From NCBI GenBank assembly GCA_902531885.1, contig CACAFZ010000002.1, forward strand, positions 41,247 to 105,246: 64,000 nt of DNA. The letters run 5' to 3'. Numbering within the stretch: the stretch's first letter is position 1; every line of letters begins with the position of its first letter. The translations under genes and the position numbers were made by a program. The notes under the pieces are model-generated. The model made no database searches and was not told the DNA's origin. It saw only the letters and a list, made by a program, of their open reading frames with translations. Source of the stretch: an uncultured Pelagibacteraceae bacterium. GTDB lineage: Bacteria; Pseudomonadota; Alphaproteobacteria; Pelagibacterales; Pelagibacteraceae. Below are positions 37,398-49,787 of this stretch, piece by piece.

Positions 37398-37869
37398 GAA
37401 AAAAATATTATTTATAATTATATTAATTGTATTATCAAACTGTAATCTAAATAAAGTAAATAAAACTCATGGTAGTCTTAATCTTGAAAAAAAACAGTCT
37501 AAATTACAAATAAATATATCAAATAAAAATGATATTATTGAGTTGTTAGGTCCACCTTCAACTAAAAGTCAATTTGATAATAATAAATGGTACTATATTG
37601 AAAGAAAAGTTACTAATACATCCATTACAACACTTGGAAGAGAAAAGTTAATTAAAAATAATATACTAGTTTTAGAAATTAGTGAGTCTGGCCTGCTAGC
37701 AAAAAAAGAGTTTTTAAATATGGATAAAATGGAAGAATTACAATTTTCGGAAAACATGACTGAAGTAGATTATAAAAACAAAAATTTCTTATATAGTTTT
37801 TTTAATAGTATAAGACAAAAAATAAATGAACCTGTGAAAAAAGCTATAGCGAAAAATAAAAAAAACTAA
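37396..37869 (+). CDS. bamE: outer membrane assembly lipoprotein BamE
   Basis: LSNC lipobox; LLGPPST..WYYI. Confidence 0.9.
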   Translation: MKKILFIIILIVLSNCNLNKVNKTHGSLNLEKKQSKLQINISNKNDIIELLGPPSTKSQFDNNKWYYIERKVTNTSITTLGREKLIKNNILVLEISESGLLAKKEFLNMDKMEELQFSENMTEVDYKNKNFLYSFFNSIRQKINEPVKKAIAKNKKN

Positions 37870-39971
37870 CTTGATATAACCGCTAAAAGCAATAATGCTA
37901 CTATATTTGTAATTTTTATCATTGGATTGACAGCTGGACCTGCTGTGTCTTTATATGGATCTCCTACAGTATCTCCAGTTACTGCAGCTTTGTGAGCTTC
38001 TGAACCTTTGCCTCCAAAATTACCATCTTCAATATATTTTTTTGCATTATCCCATGCGCCGCCACCTGCGGTCATAGAAATAGCTACAAACAAACCTGTA
38101 ATTATCACTCCAAGAAGCATTGCTCCAACTGATGAAAGAGCTGCAACTTGTCCTCCTATAGGAAGTATTGCTAAATATAAAACAATTGGTGATAAAACTG
38201 GAAGCAAAGAAGGTATTATCATTTCTTTGATTGCAGCTTTTGTTAATAAATCAACTAATTTTCCATAATCAGGTTTTGCTTTTCTCTTCATAATACCAGG
38301 GATTTTTTTAAACTGTCTTCTAACTTCTATAACTACTGCTCCACCTGCTCTTCCTACAGCCTGCATACCCATTGAACCAAATAAATATGGAAGCATTCCA
38401 CCAACTAATAAACCAACTACTACAAATGGATTTGATAAATCAAAAGTTACAACTATACCTTCTAATTTTGATCCAGCAACTTTAGAAAAATGTTTAATAT
38501 CTTCAGTATAAGCAGCAAATAATACTAATGCTCCTAAGCCTGCAGAACCAATGGCATAACCTTTTGTAACAGCTTTAGTTGTATTACCAACAGCATCAAG
38601 TGCATCAGTAGTCTTTCTTACATTTTTTGGTAAATTGGACATTTCTGCAATTCCACCAGCATTATCTGTTACAGGACCATAAGCATCTAAAGCAACAACC
38701 ATTCCTGCAAGTGCAAGCATAGTTGTTACAGCAATTGCTATACCAAAAAGTCCAGCTATATGATTTGTTAACAGTATACCTCCTACAATAATTAAAGCTG
38801 GAATTGCTGTAGCCTCCATTGAAACAGCCAGACCTTGAATTACATTAGTTCCATGACCTGTAGTAGAAGATGAAGCAACACTTTTAACAGGTCTATAATT
38901 GGTTCCTGTATAATATTCTGTAACCCAAATTAACAATCCAGTTATAACTAAACCTATAATTCCACAAATATATAAACTCATTCCTGTAAATGACTTATTA
39001 GATATTGTGTATGTGTTCTCTAGACCTAAAACATAATCGGTAATTGGATATAAAATTATTAATGATGTGAAAGCTGTAACTACAAAACCTTTATATAAAG
39101 CTGCCATAATGTTTTTAGATTTTCCTAGTTTTACAAAGAATGTACCAATAATAGAAGTTAATATGCATGCTCCACCTATTGATAACGGGTAAACCATCAT
39201 ATTAAGATCTCCATGAAAAAATATTGAAGATAAAACCATAGTAGCGACTATTGTTACCGCATATGTTTCAAATAAATCGGCCGCCATGCCTGCACAATCA
39301 CCAACATTGTCTCCCACATTATCTGCTATTACCGCGGGATTTCTAGGATCATCTTCAGGAATTCCTGCTTCAACTTTTCCAACTAAATCAGCTCCTACAT
39401 CAGCGCCTTTAGTAAATATACCGCCACCAAGTCTTGCAAAAATTGAAATTAATGAAGCTCCAAAACCTAATGCAACTAATGCATTTACAATTTCTCTTTC
39501 TTCAACACCAAAAGATAAGAGTAAATAATAATAAACCGCAATAGCTAAAAGAGCTAAGCCGGCAACCAACATGCCTGTCACAGCTCCTGATTTAAAAGCT
39601 ATTGAAAGACCTGCAGATAAACCTTTTCTTGATGCCTCTGCTGTTCTCACATTTGCTTGTACTGATACAAGCATACCAACATATCCAGCAATTCCAGATA
39701 GTGTTGCTCCAATTAGATATCCTAATCCAACTAAAATACTAAATGCATAACTAATAATAATTAAAACAACTAATCCAACAATCGATATAGTTTTGTATTG
39801 TCTATTTAAATAAGCTTTGGCTCCAACTTGTATCGCAGAAGCTATCTCCTGCATTTTGCTGTTACCGGCACTAGAACTCAGTATATTTTTACCCGTGAAA
39901 AAACCATAAACTATTGATAATAAACCTGCTAAAATAATTAGTTGAAGTATATTTGATGCTGAAGCTTCCAT
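37866..39971 (-). CDS. hppA: membrane pyrophosphatase (H+-PPase, predicted K+-independent)
   Basis: [26 protein letters not shown] and DNVGDNVGD; GNTTK (Lys) signature. Confidence 0.95.
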   Translation of the reverse strand: MEASASNILQLIILAGLLSIVYGFFTGKNILSSSAGNSKMQEIASAIQVGAKAYLNRQYKTISIVGLVVLIIISYAFSILVGLGYLIGATLSGIAGYVGMLVSVQANVRTAEASRKGLSAGLSIAFKSGAVTGMLVAGLALLAIAVYYYLLLSFGVEEREIVNALVALGFGASLISIFARLGGGIFTKGADVGADLVGKVEAGIPEDDPRNPAVIADNVGDNVGDCAGMAADLFETYAVTIVATMVLSSIFFHGDLNMMVYPLSIGGACILTSIIGTFFVKLGKSKNIMAALYKGFVVTAFTSLIILYPITDYVLGLENTYTISNKSFTGMSLYICGIIGLVITGLLIWVTEYYTGTNYRPVKSVASSSTTGHGTNVIQGLAVSMEATAIPALIIVGGILLTNHIAGLFGIAIAVTTMLALAGMVVALDAYGPVTDNAGGIAEMSNLPKNVRKTTDALDAVGNTTKAVTKGYAIGSAGLGALVLFAAYTEDIKHFSKVAGSKLEGIVVTFDLSNPFVVVGLLVGGMLPYLFGSMGMQAVGRAGGAVVIEVRRQFKKIPGIMKRKAKPDYGKLVDLLTKAAIKEMIIPSLLPVLSPIVLYLAILPIGGQVAALSSVGAMLLGVIITGLFVAISMTAGGGAWDNAKKYIEDGNFGGKGSEAHKAAVTGDTVGDPYKDTAGPAVNPMIKITNIVALLLLAVISS

Positions 39972-40053
39972 AATCCCTTTAATTCTTAGTTATTTTGTAA
40001 ATATTAAAAATCGGACATTACAAAAAAAAGGATAAAAGGCAATATTTAACTTA

Positions 40054-41013
40054 TTAAAACCTATGTGAATAACCTTTAAAATTAGTTAAATTTTGAGGTT
40101 TATTGTCCAATTTTATCAGATTTTTTTTATAACCATTATTAATTTTACCAATTATTGTAATTTTTTGATTCATTTTTTTTGAAATTTTTTTTATCAAGGA
40201 TCTATTTTTTAAAGATGCTGTAAATAGTATTTGATAGTCATCACCGTGAAATAAGTGATTGTATTTATTTTTGTTATATTCTTTCAAATAAAGTTCCAAT
40301 TTTTTAGAGATAGGAATCTTATTAAGGTCAATTTCAAAAGATAATTTTTGTTTATTAACAAGCTTACTCATATCAGAAACTATACCATCAGAAACGTCTA
40401 TAGATGTGTTTGCAAAATTATGTAAATACTTGCAGATTTTGTATGGTAAATTTGGGCAATAAAATTGCTTAATAAAATATTTTTTTAATTTAGATGTAAT
40501 TTTTATATTTTTTTTAATTAATTTGAGTCCAAGATAGCTATCTCCAATGTTTCCTGTCACGTATATATCATCATTTAATCGAGCTTTGTTTCTTTCAACA
40601 ATATTATTTGAAAAACCAATGATAGATAAAGAAAATGATACAAGATTAGAATTTGTAGTATCACCGCCTGATAGTTTTAAATTGTATTTATTTTGTTCTT
40701 GTTTTAATGATTTCGATATAATTTTCAAATTTTTTTTTGTAAATTTATTTTTATCTCCACTTGCTGAAATAAAATAATACTTAGGTTTTACACCTTTGGC
40801 AATTAGATCAGAGATAGATGCTCTTAAAATTTTTTTAATTAATAAATCTGGTTGATTAAAATTAGGAAAATGAATGCCTTCATTGTATGTATCAATAGAA
40901 ACAACTAATTTATTTTTTTTATCGAAAAAAACATCATCATTTAAATTTTTTGCGCTTTGATTGTTATTAGATATTTTTTGGAAATAGTTTTTAATTAATT
41001 CAAACTCATCCAT
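40054..41013 (-). CDS. thiL: thiamine-monophosphate kinase
   Basis: MDEFELI, SDLIAKG, GGDT, DVSDG and GDDY motifs. Confidence 0.93.
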   Translation of the reverse strand: MDEFELIKNYFQKISNNNQSAKNLNDDVFFDKKNKLVVSIDTYNEGIHFPNFNQPDLLIKKILRASISDLIAKGVKPKYYFISASGDKNKFTKKNLKIISKSLKQEQNKYNLKLSGGDTTNSNLVSFSLSIIGFSNNIVERNKARLNDDIYVTGNIGDSYLGLKLIKKNIKITSKLKKYFIKQFYCPNLPYKICKYLHNFANTSIDVSDGIVSDMSKLVNKQKLSFEIDLNKIPISKKLELYLKEYNKNKYNHLFHGDDYQILFTASLKNRSLIKKISKKMNQKITIIGKINNGYKKNLIKLDNKPQNLTNFKGYSHRF

Positions 41014-41410
41014 TAGAATTTCTTATTTTCTTAGATATTTTATCTAGTAAAGCATTTAAGTATCTAGTCTGTCCTTCATTAATAAAAAAATTTGATGCTT
41101 TTAGGTATTCATTTATAATTATTTTTGAAGATATTTTTGGTTTATATAAAAATTCAAATATTGCACTTTTAACTATTATTTGAAAAACTTTATCTAGTTT
41201 TTTTAAATCAAGATCCAAATTAAGGTGATTGGATATTTCATCATTAATTACATCATCCCTTTCAATAGTTCCATTTACCACATCTTTAATAAATTTTTTA
41301 AACCTATGCTTTGGGAAAGTTAAATTTTCATCATAATTAAAATACTTTCCATAAAGTTTTTGTATTACTATAACTCTCGGGTTATTTTTTGGACTGTATT
41401 GTAGAGTCAT
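41006..41410 (-). CDS. nusB: transcription antitermination factor NusB
   Basis: IIINEY and NALLDK motifs; ribH-nusB-thiL synteny. Confidence 0.88.
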   Translation of the reverse strand: MTLQYSPKNNPRVIVIQKLYGKYFNYDENLTFPKHRFKKFIKDVVNGTIERDDVINDEISNHLNLDLDLKKLDKVFQIIVKSAIFEFLYKPKISSKIIINEYLKASNFFINEGQTRYLNALLDKISKKIRNSNG

Positions 41411-41411
41411 C

Positions 41412-41792
41412 TTATTGTGATAATACAGAAATTACAGCAAGTGCAGCTTCTTTACCTTTTTTGCTTCTAGCTTTGGCTTGTTTCATATTTAGACATGTTA
41501 TTATACCATTACCTATAGGTTTTTTACTATCCACAGATAATTTCATTATAGCCTGAGTTGATGAGATTGAAATAAAATCGAAATGAGGTGTTTCACCTTT
41601 TATTACACATCCTAAGGCTATAAATGCATCATAATTTTTTATATTTTTTGATATAGTTACTGGAATTTCAAAAACACCGGGAACTTTAATTACCTTTAAT
41701 TTAAAATTACTTAAATTATTCTTTGCGCTTTTTAGCAATGAAAAAGATATGTCTTCATAATAATTAGCTAATACTATTAATATTTTTTTCAT
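41412..41792 (-). CDS. ribH: 6,7-dimethyl-8-ribityllumazine synthase
   Basis: VPGVFEIP and LGCVIKGETPHF motifs. Confidence 0.96.
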   Translation of the reverse strand: MKKILIVLANYYEDISFSLLKSAKNNLSNFKLKVIKVPGVFEIPVTISKNIKNYDAFIALGCVIKGETPHFDFISISSTQAIMKLSVDSKKPIGNGIITCLNMKQAKARSKKGKEAALAVISVLSQ

Positions 41793-42892
41793 TTAATTAT
41801 TTCCTGTTTAATTATTTTAATACCATAACCATCTAAGCCTACTACCTTTTTTTTAGATCTAGTTACCAATATCATATTTTTTATATTTAAAGATTTAATA
41901 ATCTGCGCCCCTATTCCATAGTTCTTTATTAATTTATCCTTTCCTTTTCTATAAAATTCCTTACTTTTATAGTCTCTTAAAGTTTGAGTAACAGATTTAA
42001 GATTAGAATCTCTTATAAATATCAAAACACAATTATTATATTTTTTAAAATAATTTAGAGTTTTACCAAATGAATCTGGTAATTTTTGATTTATTAAATA
42101 ATTTTGAACTACATTCGAAGAAATAACTCTTACTCTAGGAACTATTCCTTTTTTAATATTACCTTTTATTAATGCAAAATGTTCAGAGCCATCCAATAAA
42201 TTTTCATATATTAGTATTTGATATTTCTTTCTTTTAACTTTTATAGTTGATTTCTTTTTAAGTTTAATTAATTTTTCTTTTTTTAACCTGTAAGCAATAA
42301 GATCATCAATTCTACCTATTTTTAAATTATGTTTTTTTGCAAAAATATGAAGGCTTTCTCCTCTAGCCATCGTTCCATCTTCATTCATAATTTCACATAT
42401 AACGGCTGAAGTATTTTTGTTAGCTAGTTTTGAAATGTCCACTGATGCTTCAGTATGACCAGCTCTTATTAAAACTCCTCCATCTTTAGAAATAATAGGA
42501 AAAACATGACCTGGGGAAACAATTTCTTTTTTTAGTACATTTTTATTAGTAGCGATTTTTATTGTACGTGATCTATCTTTAGCTGATATCCCTGTTGTAA
42601 CACCTTTTTTAGCTTCTATAGAAATTGTAAAAGCTGTTTGGTTTCTTGATTGATTCACTGGTGTCATATATGAAAGTCCTAATTTTTTTGCCTGTAATGA
42701 ATCTATGGTCAAACATATAAGTCCTCTTCCGTATTTCGCCATGAAATTTATTTTTTTTGGATTAACATCGGAAGAACAAAAAACTAAATCACCTTCATTT
42801 TCTCTATTTTCGTCATCAACTAAAATATACATCCCACCTTTTTTGGCTATTTTAATTATAGAATCAATAGAGGTAAATTTATTATTTTTCAT
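41789..42892 (-). CDS. ribB: 3,4-dihydroxy-2-butanone-4-phosphate synthase with degenerate GTP cyclohydrolase II domain
   Basis: DDENRENEGD, PGHVFP and RAGHTEA motifs; the C-domain keeps YGIGAQI but lacks the zinc Cys motif. Confidence 0.92.
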   Translation of the reverse strand: MKNNKFTSIDSIIKIAKKGGMYILVDDENRENEGDLVFCSSDVNPKKINFMAKYGRGLICLTIDSLQAKKLGLSYMTPVNQSRNQTAFTISIEAKKGVTTGISAKDRSRTIKIATNKNVLKKEIVSPGHVFPIISKDGGVLIRAGHTEASVDISKLANKNTSAVICEIMNEDGTMARGESLHIFAKKHNLKIGRIDDLIAYRLKKEKLIKLKKKSTIKVKRKKYQILIYENLLDGSEHFALIKGNIKKGIVPRVRVISSNVVQNYLINQKLPDSFGKTLNYFKKYNNCVLIFIRDSNLKSVTQTLRDYKSKEFYRKGKDKLIKNYGIGAQIIKSLNIKNMILVTRSKKKVVGLDGYGIKIIKQEIIK

Positions 42893-43472
42893 TTAAATGT
42901 TTATTTACATACTTTGATAAAATATCTATTTCAATATTTACCAAATCTTTTTTGTTTAGTTTAGATAGATTGGTTATTTTAATTGTATGAGGAATGACCC
43001 AAATTTCGAATGAATTTTTTTTAATTTTTGAAATAGTTAAGGATACACCATTTATACAAATTGAAGCCTTTTCTACTAAATGTTTAATATATTTTTTTGC
43101 AATATTAAATTCAAAAATGTACGATCTATCTACTTTTGAAATTTTTGAAACTTTTCCTACTGTATCAACATGTCCTTGGCAAATATGTCCTGAGATACTT
43201 TTTCCAAATTTAAGAGGCAACTCAAGATTAACTTCATCATATTTATTAATTTTTTTAAATTTAGATTTATTTAATGTTTCATTAGATAAATAAAATTCAA
43301 TTATATTATTTTTATAAGAAATTAAAGTTAAACATACTCCATCACACGAAATGGAAATACCAATATCTTTTTTTGTAACTTTAATTAATGACTTTACAAA
43401 TAAGTTAATGCCTTTTTTTCGCTTAACTATTTTAAAAATTTTTCCTGTATTATATATAATTCCATTAAACAT
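42882..43472 (-). CDS. ribE: riboflavin synthase alpha chain
   Basis: MFNGII, DGVCLT, GHICQGHVD and NGVSLT motifs. Confidence 0.95.
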   Translation of the reverse strand: MFNGIIYNTGKIFKIVKRKKGINLFVKSLIKVTKKDIGISISCDGVCLTLISYKNNIIEFYLSNETLNKSKFKKINKYDEVNLELPLKFGKSISGHICQGHVDTVGKVSKISKVDRSYIFEFNIAKKYIKHLVEKASICINGVSLTISKIKKNSFEIWVIPHTIKITNLSKLNKKDLVNIEIDILSKYVNKHLNEK

Positions 43473-43475
43473 TTA

Positions 43476-44576
43476 TTAGTAATAGTGCATTAATGTATCT
43501 TTATCTAGATATGTATTAATTAAATCTTTATTTTTAAACTTTTTGTTTAATTCATCAATTATATTTGAAACCTTTATTTTAGACCTGTTATTAAGTTTTT
43601 TATTACTTTTAAAAAGATAAAATTCATTAAATAAATTTTTAGATAATATTTGTTTAGTTAAAATTTTTCCAGACTCCACCAAAAGTGTGCTGATACCAAT
43701 ACTGTAAATTTTTTTTAACACTTTTTTCATATCAAAGAAATTTTTATTATTAAACTCAAAAGATACTAATTTTATACCTTTTTTTTTTAATGTATTTATT
43801 TTTGGAAAGTTATTAGAATTGTGAAAAATTATAGTTTTATGTTTAAAAAAATCCTTTAATATAAATGATTTAAGATTTATTTTTAAATTTCTATCAATAA
43901 TTATTCTAGTTGGGGAAAATTTTTCCAATCCATTAATTCTACAAGTTAACCTTGGATTGTCACTGTTTATTGTTTTATATGATGTTAATAGGCCAATATT
44001 TTGAAATCTTAATATATGAGAGGTTTCTTTTGAATATTCATTTGTAATAGATTTTTTATTTTTTAAAATATAAAAATTAGATGAACAGGCAAGTTTACCA
44101 ACAACGTATGGCTGATTTTTTTTTTTATTAAAGTTATAACTTTTGTATAGCTTGTTTGCTTGATTAACCAATAATCCGGACTGTGTTAAAATTTTTTTTG
44201 CTCTTAAAATTTTTTTTGCTTTATTAAAAGATCTTCTATCTGAATCTTTTATAGAGTAAATAACTTTTTTAACTTTTGATTTTATAAGAGCTTTTGTGCA
44301 TGGTGGTGTTTTTCCATAATGTGAGCACGGTTCAAGAGTTAAATATACTGTTGATCCAATAGTATTTTTATTGTTCTTATTTAAAGCAATAGTTTCAGCG
44401 TGAGGTCTTCCGTTAATATCCGTAACTCCATAAGAAATAATTTTATCATTTTTGACAATTACACATCCTACTGGTGGATTAATACCAGTTAATCCTTTTT
44501 GATTACTCGCTAGATTAATAGCAAGTTTCATATAGTATTTATCTTTTGAATTAAATTTATAATTTTTTAAAGACAT
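43476..44576 (-). CDS. ribD: riboflavin biosynthesis deaminase/reductase
   Basis: [12 protein letters not shown] and [14 protein letters not shown] motifs. Confidence 0.95.
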   Translation of the reverse strand: MSLKNYKFNSKDKYYMKLAINLASNQKGLTGINPPVGCVIVKNDKIISYGVTDINGRPHAETIALNKNNKNTIGSTVYLTLEPCSHYGKTPPCTKALIKSKVKKVIYSIKDSDRRSFNKAKKILRAKKILTQSGLLVNQANKLYKSYNFNKKKNQPYVVGKLACSSNFYILKNKKSITNEYSKETSHILRFQNIGLLTSYKTINSDNPRLTCRINGLEKFSPTRIIIDRNLKINLKSFILKDFFKHKTIIFHNSNNFPKINTLKKKGIKLVSFEFNNKNFFDMKKVLKKIYSIGISTLLVESGKILTKQILSKNLFNEFYLFKSNKKLNNRSKIKVSNIIDELNKKFKNKDLINTYLDKDTLMHYY

Positions 44577-45015
44577 TTATTTTGTCGACAAACTGAACAA
44601 AGTCTTTTTCTTCTCTAAAATTTCTATAAACAGACGCAAACCTAATATATGCGACTGGATCCATTTCTTTTAATCCATCCATAACCATTGTTCCTATTGA
44701 ATTTGATGAAATCTCATTTTGACCCAATTCCTCAAGTGATCTTGAAATTTTAGAAATAAATTTTTCTACTGTTTCTGTGTCTATTGGACGTTTCTTTAAA
44801 GCAATATAAATTGATTTTGAAAGCTTTTCTCTATCAAAAGGAGTTTTTCTACCATTCTTTTTAACAACCATTAATTCTCTAAATTGAACCCTTTCGAAAG
44901 TTGTAAATCTTTCATTACATGAGCAAAGCCTTCTTCTTCTAATTGCAGTTCCGTCTTCTGTAGGTCTCGAATCAACTACCGATGTTTCACTTTTTTTACA
45001 AATTGGACAAATCAT
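44557..45015 (-). CDS. nrdR: transcriptional repressor NrdR
   Basis: CPIC..VVDSR..IRRRRLC..RFTTFE; AYIRFASVY. Confidence 0.97.
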   Translation of the reverse strand: MICPICKKSETSVVDSRPTEDGTAIRRRRLCSCNERFTTFERVQFRELMVVKKNGRKTPFDREKLSKSIYIALKKRPIDTETVEKFISKISRSLEELGQNEISSNSIGTMVMDGLKEMDPVAYIRFASVYRNFREEKDFVQFVDKINVFKKL

Positions 45016-46325
45016 TTTCTTAGGTTCTTATATATCGGAAATGAAGAACAAAGAGAAACCACTTCTTTTCTTACTTCATTTTCAACTTTACTATTATCAC
45101 TAGGGTTTTTAGATAGTCCATCAATAACTTTAGTTATTAATTCACCTACTTTTTCGAATTCTTTTAACCCAAAGCCCCTAGTAGTTGCGGCTTGAGAACC
45201 AAGTCGTATACCTGAAGTAATCATTGGACTTTCGGAATCAAAAGGGATGCCGTTTTTATTACATGTTATATTTGCTCGTGATAAACTTTCTGCTGCTAAA
45301 TTACCTTTAACTTTAAAAGGTCTTAAATCAACTAACATTAAGTGAGTATCAGTACCACCAGAATAAATTTTAAAACCATTATTTTTTAATGTTTCAGATA
45401 AAATTTTTGCATTAGCTAGTACTGACTTAATATAATCTTTAAATTCTGGTCTTAGTGCTTCATAAAAACCTGCTGCTTTTGCAGCTATAATATGCATTAA
45501 AGGACCACCTTGGTACCCAGGAAAAACTGCAGTATTAATTTTTTTTGATATATCTTCGTGATTTGTTAAAATAATACCACCTCTTGCACTTCTGAAAACT
45601 TTATGAGTTGTTGAAGTCACAACATGAGCATGTTCACATGGATTAGGATATCCTTTGCCAGCAACAAGACCTGAAAAATGAGCCATATCAACCATAAGAT
45701 AGGCTTTAACTTTGTCTGCTATCTCTCTAAATTTTTTAAAATCAATAACTCTAGAGTAAGCACTACCTCCAGCTATAATAAGTTTGGGTTTATGTTCTAA
45801 TGCAAGTTTTTCAACATTGTTATAATCAATTAGTTCAGAATCTTTATCAACATCATAACCTATTGGATTAAACCATTTTCCAGACATTGATATTTTTAAA
45901 CCATGTGTTATATGGCCACCAGAATTTAAACTCATTCCCATAAAAGTGTCGCCAGGTTTTAATAAAGCTAAAAATGTTGCACCATTGGCTTGCGCTCCTG
46001 AATGAGGTTGAGAATTTGCAAATTTACAGTTAAATAATTTTTTTAATCTTTCGTTAGCTAAGTTTTCAGCAACATCAACATGTTCGCATCCATTGTAGTA
46101 TCTTTTACCAGAATAACCTTCAGCATATTTGTTTGTTAATACAGATCCTTGTGCTTCTAATACGGCTTGAGAAACGATGTTTTCAGAAGCAATTAATTCA
46201 ATATGTTCTTGTTGTCTTTTTAATTCATCGTTAATAGCTTTATGTAGCTCAGGATCAGATTTGGATAAACTATCTTCGAAGAAACTTTTATATTGATCGT
46301 TTAAGTAATTGCTTTCACTTGACAT
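45012..46325 (-). CDS. glyA: serine hydroxymethyltransferase
   Basis: [18 protein letters not shown] and GGTDTHL motifs. Confidence 0.98.
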   Translation of the reverse strand: MSSESNYLNDQYKSFFEDSLSKSDPELHKAINDELKRQQEHIELIASENIVSQAVLEAQGSVLTNKYAEGYSGKRYYNGCEHVDVAENLANERLKKLFNCKFANSQPHSGAQANGATFLALLKPGDTFMGMSLNSGGHITHGLKISMSGKWFNPIGYDVDKDSELIDYNNVEKLALEHKPKLIIAGGSAYSRVIDFKKFREIADKVKAYLMVDMAHFSGLVAGKGYPNPCEHAHVVTSTTHKVFRSARGGIILTNHEDISKKINTAVFPGYQGGPLMHIIAAKAAGFYEALRPEFKDYIKSVLANAKILSETLKNNGFKIYSGGTDTHLMLVDLRPFKVKGNLAAESLSRANITCNKNGIPFDSESPMITSGIRLGSQAATTRGFGLKEFEKVGELITKVIDGLSKNPSDNSKVENEVRKEVVSLCSSFPIYKNLRK

Positions 46326-46327
46326 AA

Positions 46328-46750
46328 TTATATCTTTTTAACTCTTCTTAAGTGTCTACCACCTTCAAACTTTGTACCTAAGAAAATTTTAATTAGATTA
46401 ATTGCTTTATTTTTATTAATCAATCTTTCACCTAATGTAATGATGTTTGCATTATTATGCAATCGAGATAATTTGGTGTTTTTCTTACTGTAGCATAAAG
46501 CTGCTCTTATATTCCGAGTTTTATTTGCAGCTATTGCCATTCCCATTCCTGAGCCACATACAAGTATTCCAAAACTTCCACTGTTTGATGCAACTTTTTT
46601 AGATAATTTTTTAGCATAATCAGGATAGTCCACTGAGTCTTTTGAGTTTGGACCAAGATCAATTATTTTTTGTTTTTTTGAAAGTCCAATAATAATGCTA
46701 TTTTTTAGTCTGTAGCCTGCGTGATCAGATGCAATATAAATCTTTTTCAA
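46328..46750 (-). CDS. rpiB: ribose-5-phosphate isomerase B
   Basis: SDHAG, DYPD, CGSGMG, HNNAN and FEGGRH motifs. Confidence 0.96.
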   Translation of the reverse strand: MKKIYIASDHAGYRLKNSIIIGLSKKQKIIDLGPNSKDSVDYPDYAKKLSKKVASNSGSFGILVCGSGMGMAIAANKTRNIRAALCYSKKNTKLSRLHNNANIITLGERLINKNKAINLIKIFLGTKFEGGRHLRRVKKI

Positions 46751-46774
46751 ATCAAGTAAATTTATAGACTAAAA

Positions 46775-47398
46775 TTAATTAAATTTATAGTCTAAAACAC
46801 AAGCAACTAAATGCACTCTGTTTTCTTCGCCGCCATTAAAAGCATTATGATATTTTAAATTATTCGTAACCCAAACCGATCCATCTGCAGGCATGTGATG
46901 TGCGGATTTATCAATTACCATTATTGCTCCAGGATTGGTATATATTGGTATATGAAGCCTTGGCTCAGGATCTCTGTGCCAACTCAATGTGGATCTAGGT
47001 TCTTTTAATAAAAGTCTTACTCTTCCTAATTTATATCTTTTAGATAATTCGTCATAGACTTCTTTGAAGTAAGTATTTTCAAAATCTTTTACAAATTCTG
47101 TATATTTGCTCTCATCAATCTTTACATCTCTTGATACTTCAACACCAGTTGAGTCTGGTTTTGTCCAATAAACACCTCTTACTTTACTGCCTTTAATGGA
47201 GTCAGGGTCGCCTGGTATTTGATTTAGAGAAATTGCTGCAAAATGAGGAATTCCTAAACTTGTATCAAAGCCTTTTATTTTTAAAACTTCATTACATGCA
47301 TTTCTAAGCTTATCTATATCGAAATGAATATCTTGTTTTTGGAAATCAGTTGCTATTTTTGAAGATTTTATTTCTGTAAAAGATGTAACATTGTTCAT
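46775..47398 (-). CDS. Asp/Asn beta-hydroxylase-like 2OG-Fe(II) oxygenase domain protein
   Basis: WHRD (HxD), RLHIPI, HNAFN and RVHLV motifs. Confidence 0.75.
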   Translation of the reverse strand: MNNVTSFTEIKSSKIATDFQKQDIHFDIDKLRNACNEVLKIKGFDTSLGIPHFAAISLNQIPGDPDSIKGSKVRGVYWTKPDSTGVEVSRDVKIDESKYTEFVKDFENTYFKEVYDELSKRYKLGRVRLLLKEPRSTLSWHRDPEPRLHIPIYTNPGAIMVIDKSAHHMPADGSVWVTNNLKYHNAFNGGEENRVHLVACVLDYKFN

Positions 47399-47469
47399 GT
47401 GCTTAAATAAATACTTTATTTATAATTATAATACATATAACTTTTGTCGCATATAAAAAAATATTGATA

Positions 47470-48453
47470 ATGATTATCACTGGAAAATATCCCAATTTAA
47501 GGCTTAGAAGAAACAGGAAAAATGATTGGTCAAGAAGACTGGTTCAAGAAAATAGCTTATCTTATAATGATTTAATTTTACCTATTTTTGTAATCGAAGG
47601 TAAAAATAAAAAACAAGAGATAAGTAGTATGCCTGATGTTTACAGATATAGTGTGAATAGATTGTCAGAAATAATAGATAAGGCTTTGTTAAAAAAAATA
47701 CCAATGGTTGCAATATTTCCATACACGAATCATAAATACAAAGATAATTTAGGAACGGAAGCTTTAAATGAAGATAATTTAGTATGCAGATCAATTTTAT
47801 ATATTAAAAAAAAATACAAAGATAAAATTGGAATAATGTGTGATGTAGCTTTAGATCCTTACACAAATCATGGTCATGATGGTATTTTGAAAAAAGGAAA
47901 AATATTAAATGATGAAACAAACAAAATACTGGTAAAACAATCAATTTTACAAGCACAGATGGGTTGTGATGTAATTGCACCTTCAGATATGATGGATGGA
48001 AGAATAGGCGAAATCAGGAAAGGGCTAGACAAGAATAAATTTTACGAAGTTCAAATTCTTTCCTATGCTGTTAAATATGCTTCAAGTTTTTATGGTCCCT
48101 TTAGAGATGCTGTTGGATCTAAAAAAGCATTAAAAGGTGATAAAAAAACATATCAAATGGATTATAAAAATAGTATTGAGTCATTAAGAGAAGTTGCCCT
48201 AGATATAAAAGAAGGTGCAGACATTGTAATGGTCAAACCTGGAATGCCCTATTTGGATGTTATTAAATTAGTAAAAGATAATTTTAAAATTCCAGTTTTT
48301 GCATATCAAGTATCCGGTGAATATAGTTTAATTAAAAATGGAATAAAAAAAGGGCTTATAAATGAAGATTCAATCTTAGAGTCTCTAATATCCTTTAAAA
48401 GAGCTGGTGCTAATGCAATAGTATCTTATTTTGCTGACAAAATATCACTTTAA
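47470..48453 (+). CDS. hemB: porphobilinogen synthase
   Basis: DVALDPYT.HGHDG, PSDMMDGR, FYGPFRDA, MVKPG and YQVSGEY motifs. Confidence 0.97.
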   Translation: MIITGKYPNLRLRRNRKNDWSRRLVQENSLSYNDLILPIFVIEGKNKKQEISSMPDVYRYSVNRLSEIIDKALLKKIPMVAIFPYTNHKYKDNLGTEALNEDNLVCRSILYIKKKYKDKIGIMCDVALDPYTNHGHDGILKKGKILNDETNKILVKQSILQAQMGCDVIAPSDMMDGRIGEIRKGLDKNKFYEVQILSYAVKYASSFYGPFRDAVGSKKALKGDKKTYQMDYKNSIESLREVALDIKEGADIVMVKPGMPYLDVIKLVKDNFKIPVFAYQVSGEYSLIKNGIKKGLINEDSILESLISFKRAGANAIVSYFADKISL

Positions 48454-49125
48454 CAATTCTATAAATTCAGCTCTAGATTTAGGATAATTTATATTATTGG
48501 GTCTTAAAATAGATTTGTCTAGGTAATCACTAACTAATTGTAACCCACTAAGTAAATCTTCATTATTTTTTGGATTAATATTAAGGTCAACTAAAAAATT
48601 AGGAATAATTTTTTTCATATTTTTTGTTTTAACGTAATATATTTTTTGATTATTTTTACTTTCTTCGGAAATAAAATTTTTAAGTGAAAGATCGTATCCA
48701 ATTAATTTAAAAAATTCTAATTCCCAGAAAATATAATTTTTAATCCAAGTAGAATCTTTTAATAAATTAAAGAAATTATCTATAGAATTAAATATTTCAA
48801 AATTCTCCTGAGACTCAACAGTTAAAAGTTTAACCAAATTTAATGTAGATATAATACAAGCAAGTTTTTTTTGATCTTCAAAAAATAATGGGGTTAAAAT
48901 TTTATCAATTTCAATTTTAAAATAACCTATTTTTTCGGTATTTTTTCCATTATAATTAACATGAATTTTGTTTCCAATTTGTAAATAATTTTTATTTTTT
49001 TTCGATGTTGCACCAAAAATAATACCTGAAATTTTCCCGTGATTTTTGGTAAAAATTTCAGCTATAACTGAATTTTCATTGTATTTGTTTTTAGATAATA
49101 AATAACCTTGATCAATCCAATTCAT
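48445..49125 (-). CDS. recO: DNA repair protein RecO
   Basis: MNWIDQGYLL..ENSVI..FT..HG OB-fold start; follows rnc. Confidence 0.88.
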   Translation of the reverse strand: MNWIDQGYLLSKNKYNENSVIAEIFTKNHGKISGIIFGATSKKNKNYLQIGNKIHVNYNGKNTEKIGYFKIEIDKILTPLFFEDQKKLACIISTLNLVKLLTVESQENFEIFNSIDNFFNLLKDSTWIKNYIFWELEFFKLIGYDLSLKNFISEESKNNQKIYYVKTKNMKKIIPNFLVDLNINPKNNEDLLSGLQLVSDYLDKSILRPNNINYPKSRAEFIELLK

Positions 49126-49787
49126 TATAAATCAATATTTTTTAAAAACTTTTCTGCTGCTGCTTGTTGAGCTTTTTTTATTGAATTTCCATTTGCCTCA
49201 ATAAAATTTGAATCTTTAAGTTTTACAGCAACTTTAAAATTTGGTTTATGTTTAGGACCACTGTTAGAAATTAATTTATAAATTGGTAAAATTTTGAATT
49301 TTTTTAAAGAATATTCTTGAAGTTTAGTTTTAGAGTCAACTAATGTAACTTTAGCTGATTTTATTGATTCGTTCCAATTACTTAAAATAAATTTTTCTGC
49401 GATGTGCATGCCTTTTTCTATAAATATTGCACCTATTAGTGCTTCACAACAATCAGATATAATTTTATCTTCAATTTTAATTTTTTTTTTTGTTTTTCCA
49501 ACAATTATAAATTTTTCTAAATTTAATTTTTTTCCAATTTCGTAGCAAGTATTTTTATTAACTAGCGATGCAAGTTTTTTATCAAGGCTGCCCACTTCTT
49601 CATCAGAATATTCCTTAATTAATTTTTTAGAAATAGTTAAACCTAAAACTCTATCACCAAGAAATTCTAACTTTTCATAGTTATCTTTATTGTCAAAGCT
49701 TTTATGAGTTAATGATCTTTTTAATAAATCGACATCTTTAAATTTAATTTTAATTACTTTTTGTATATTGGATAAAGTATTTTTCAT
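49125..49787 (-). CDS. rnc: ribonuclease III
   Basis: EKLEFLGDRVL and DCCEALIGA motifs; C-terminal dsRBD. Confidence 0.97.
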   Translation of the reverse strand: MKNTLSNIQKVIKIKFKDVDLLKRSLTHKSFDNKDNYEKLEFLGDRVLGLTISKKLIKEYSDEEVGSLDKKLASLVNKNTCYEIGKKLNLEKFIIVGKTKKKIKIEDKIISDCCEALIGAIFIEKGMHIAEKFILSNWNESIKSAKVTLVDSKTKLQEYSLKKFKILPIYKLISNSGPKHKPNFKVAVKLKDSNFIEANGNSIKKAQQAAAEKFLKNIDL

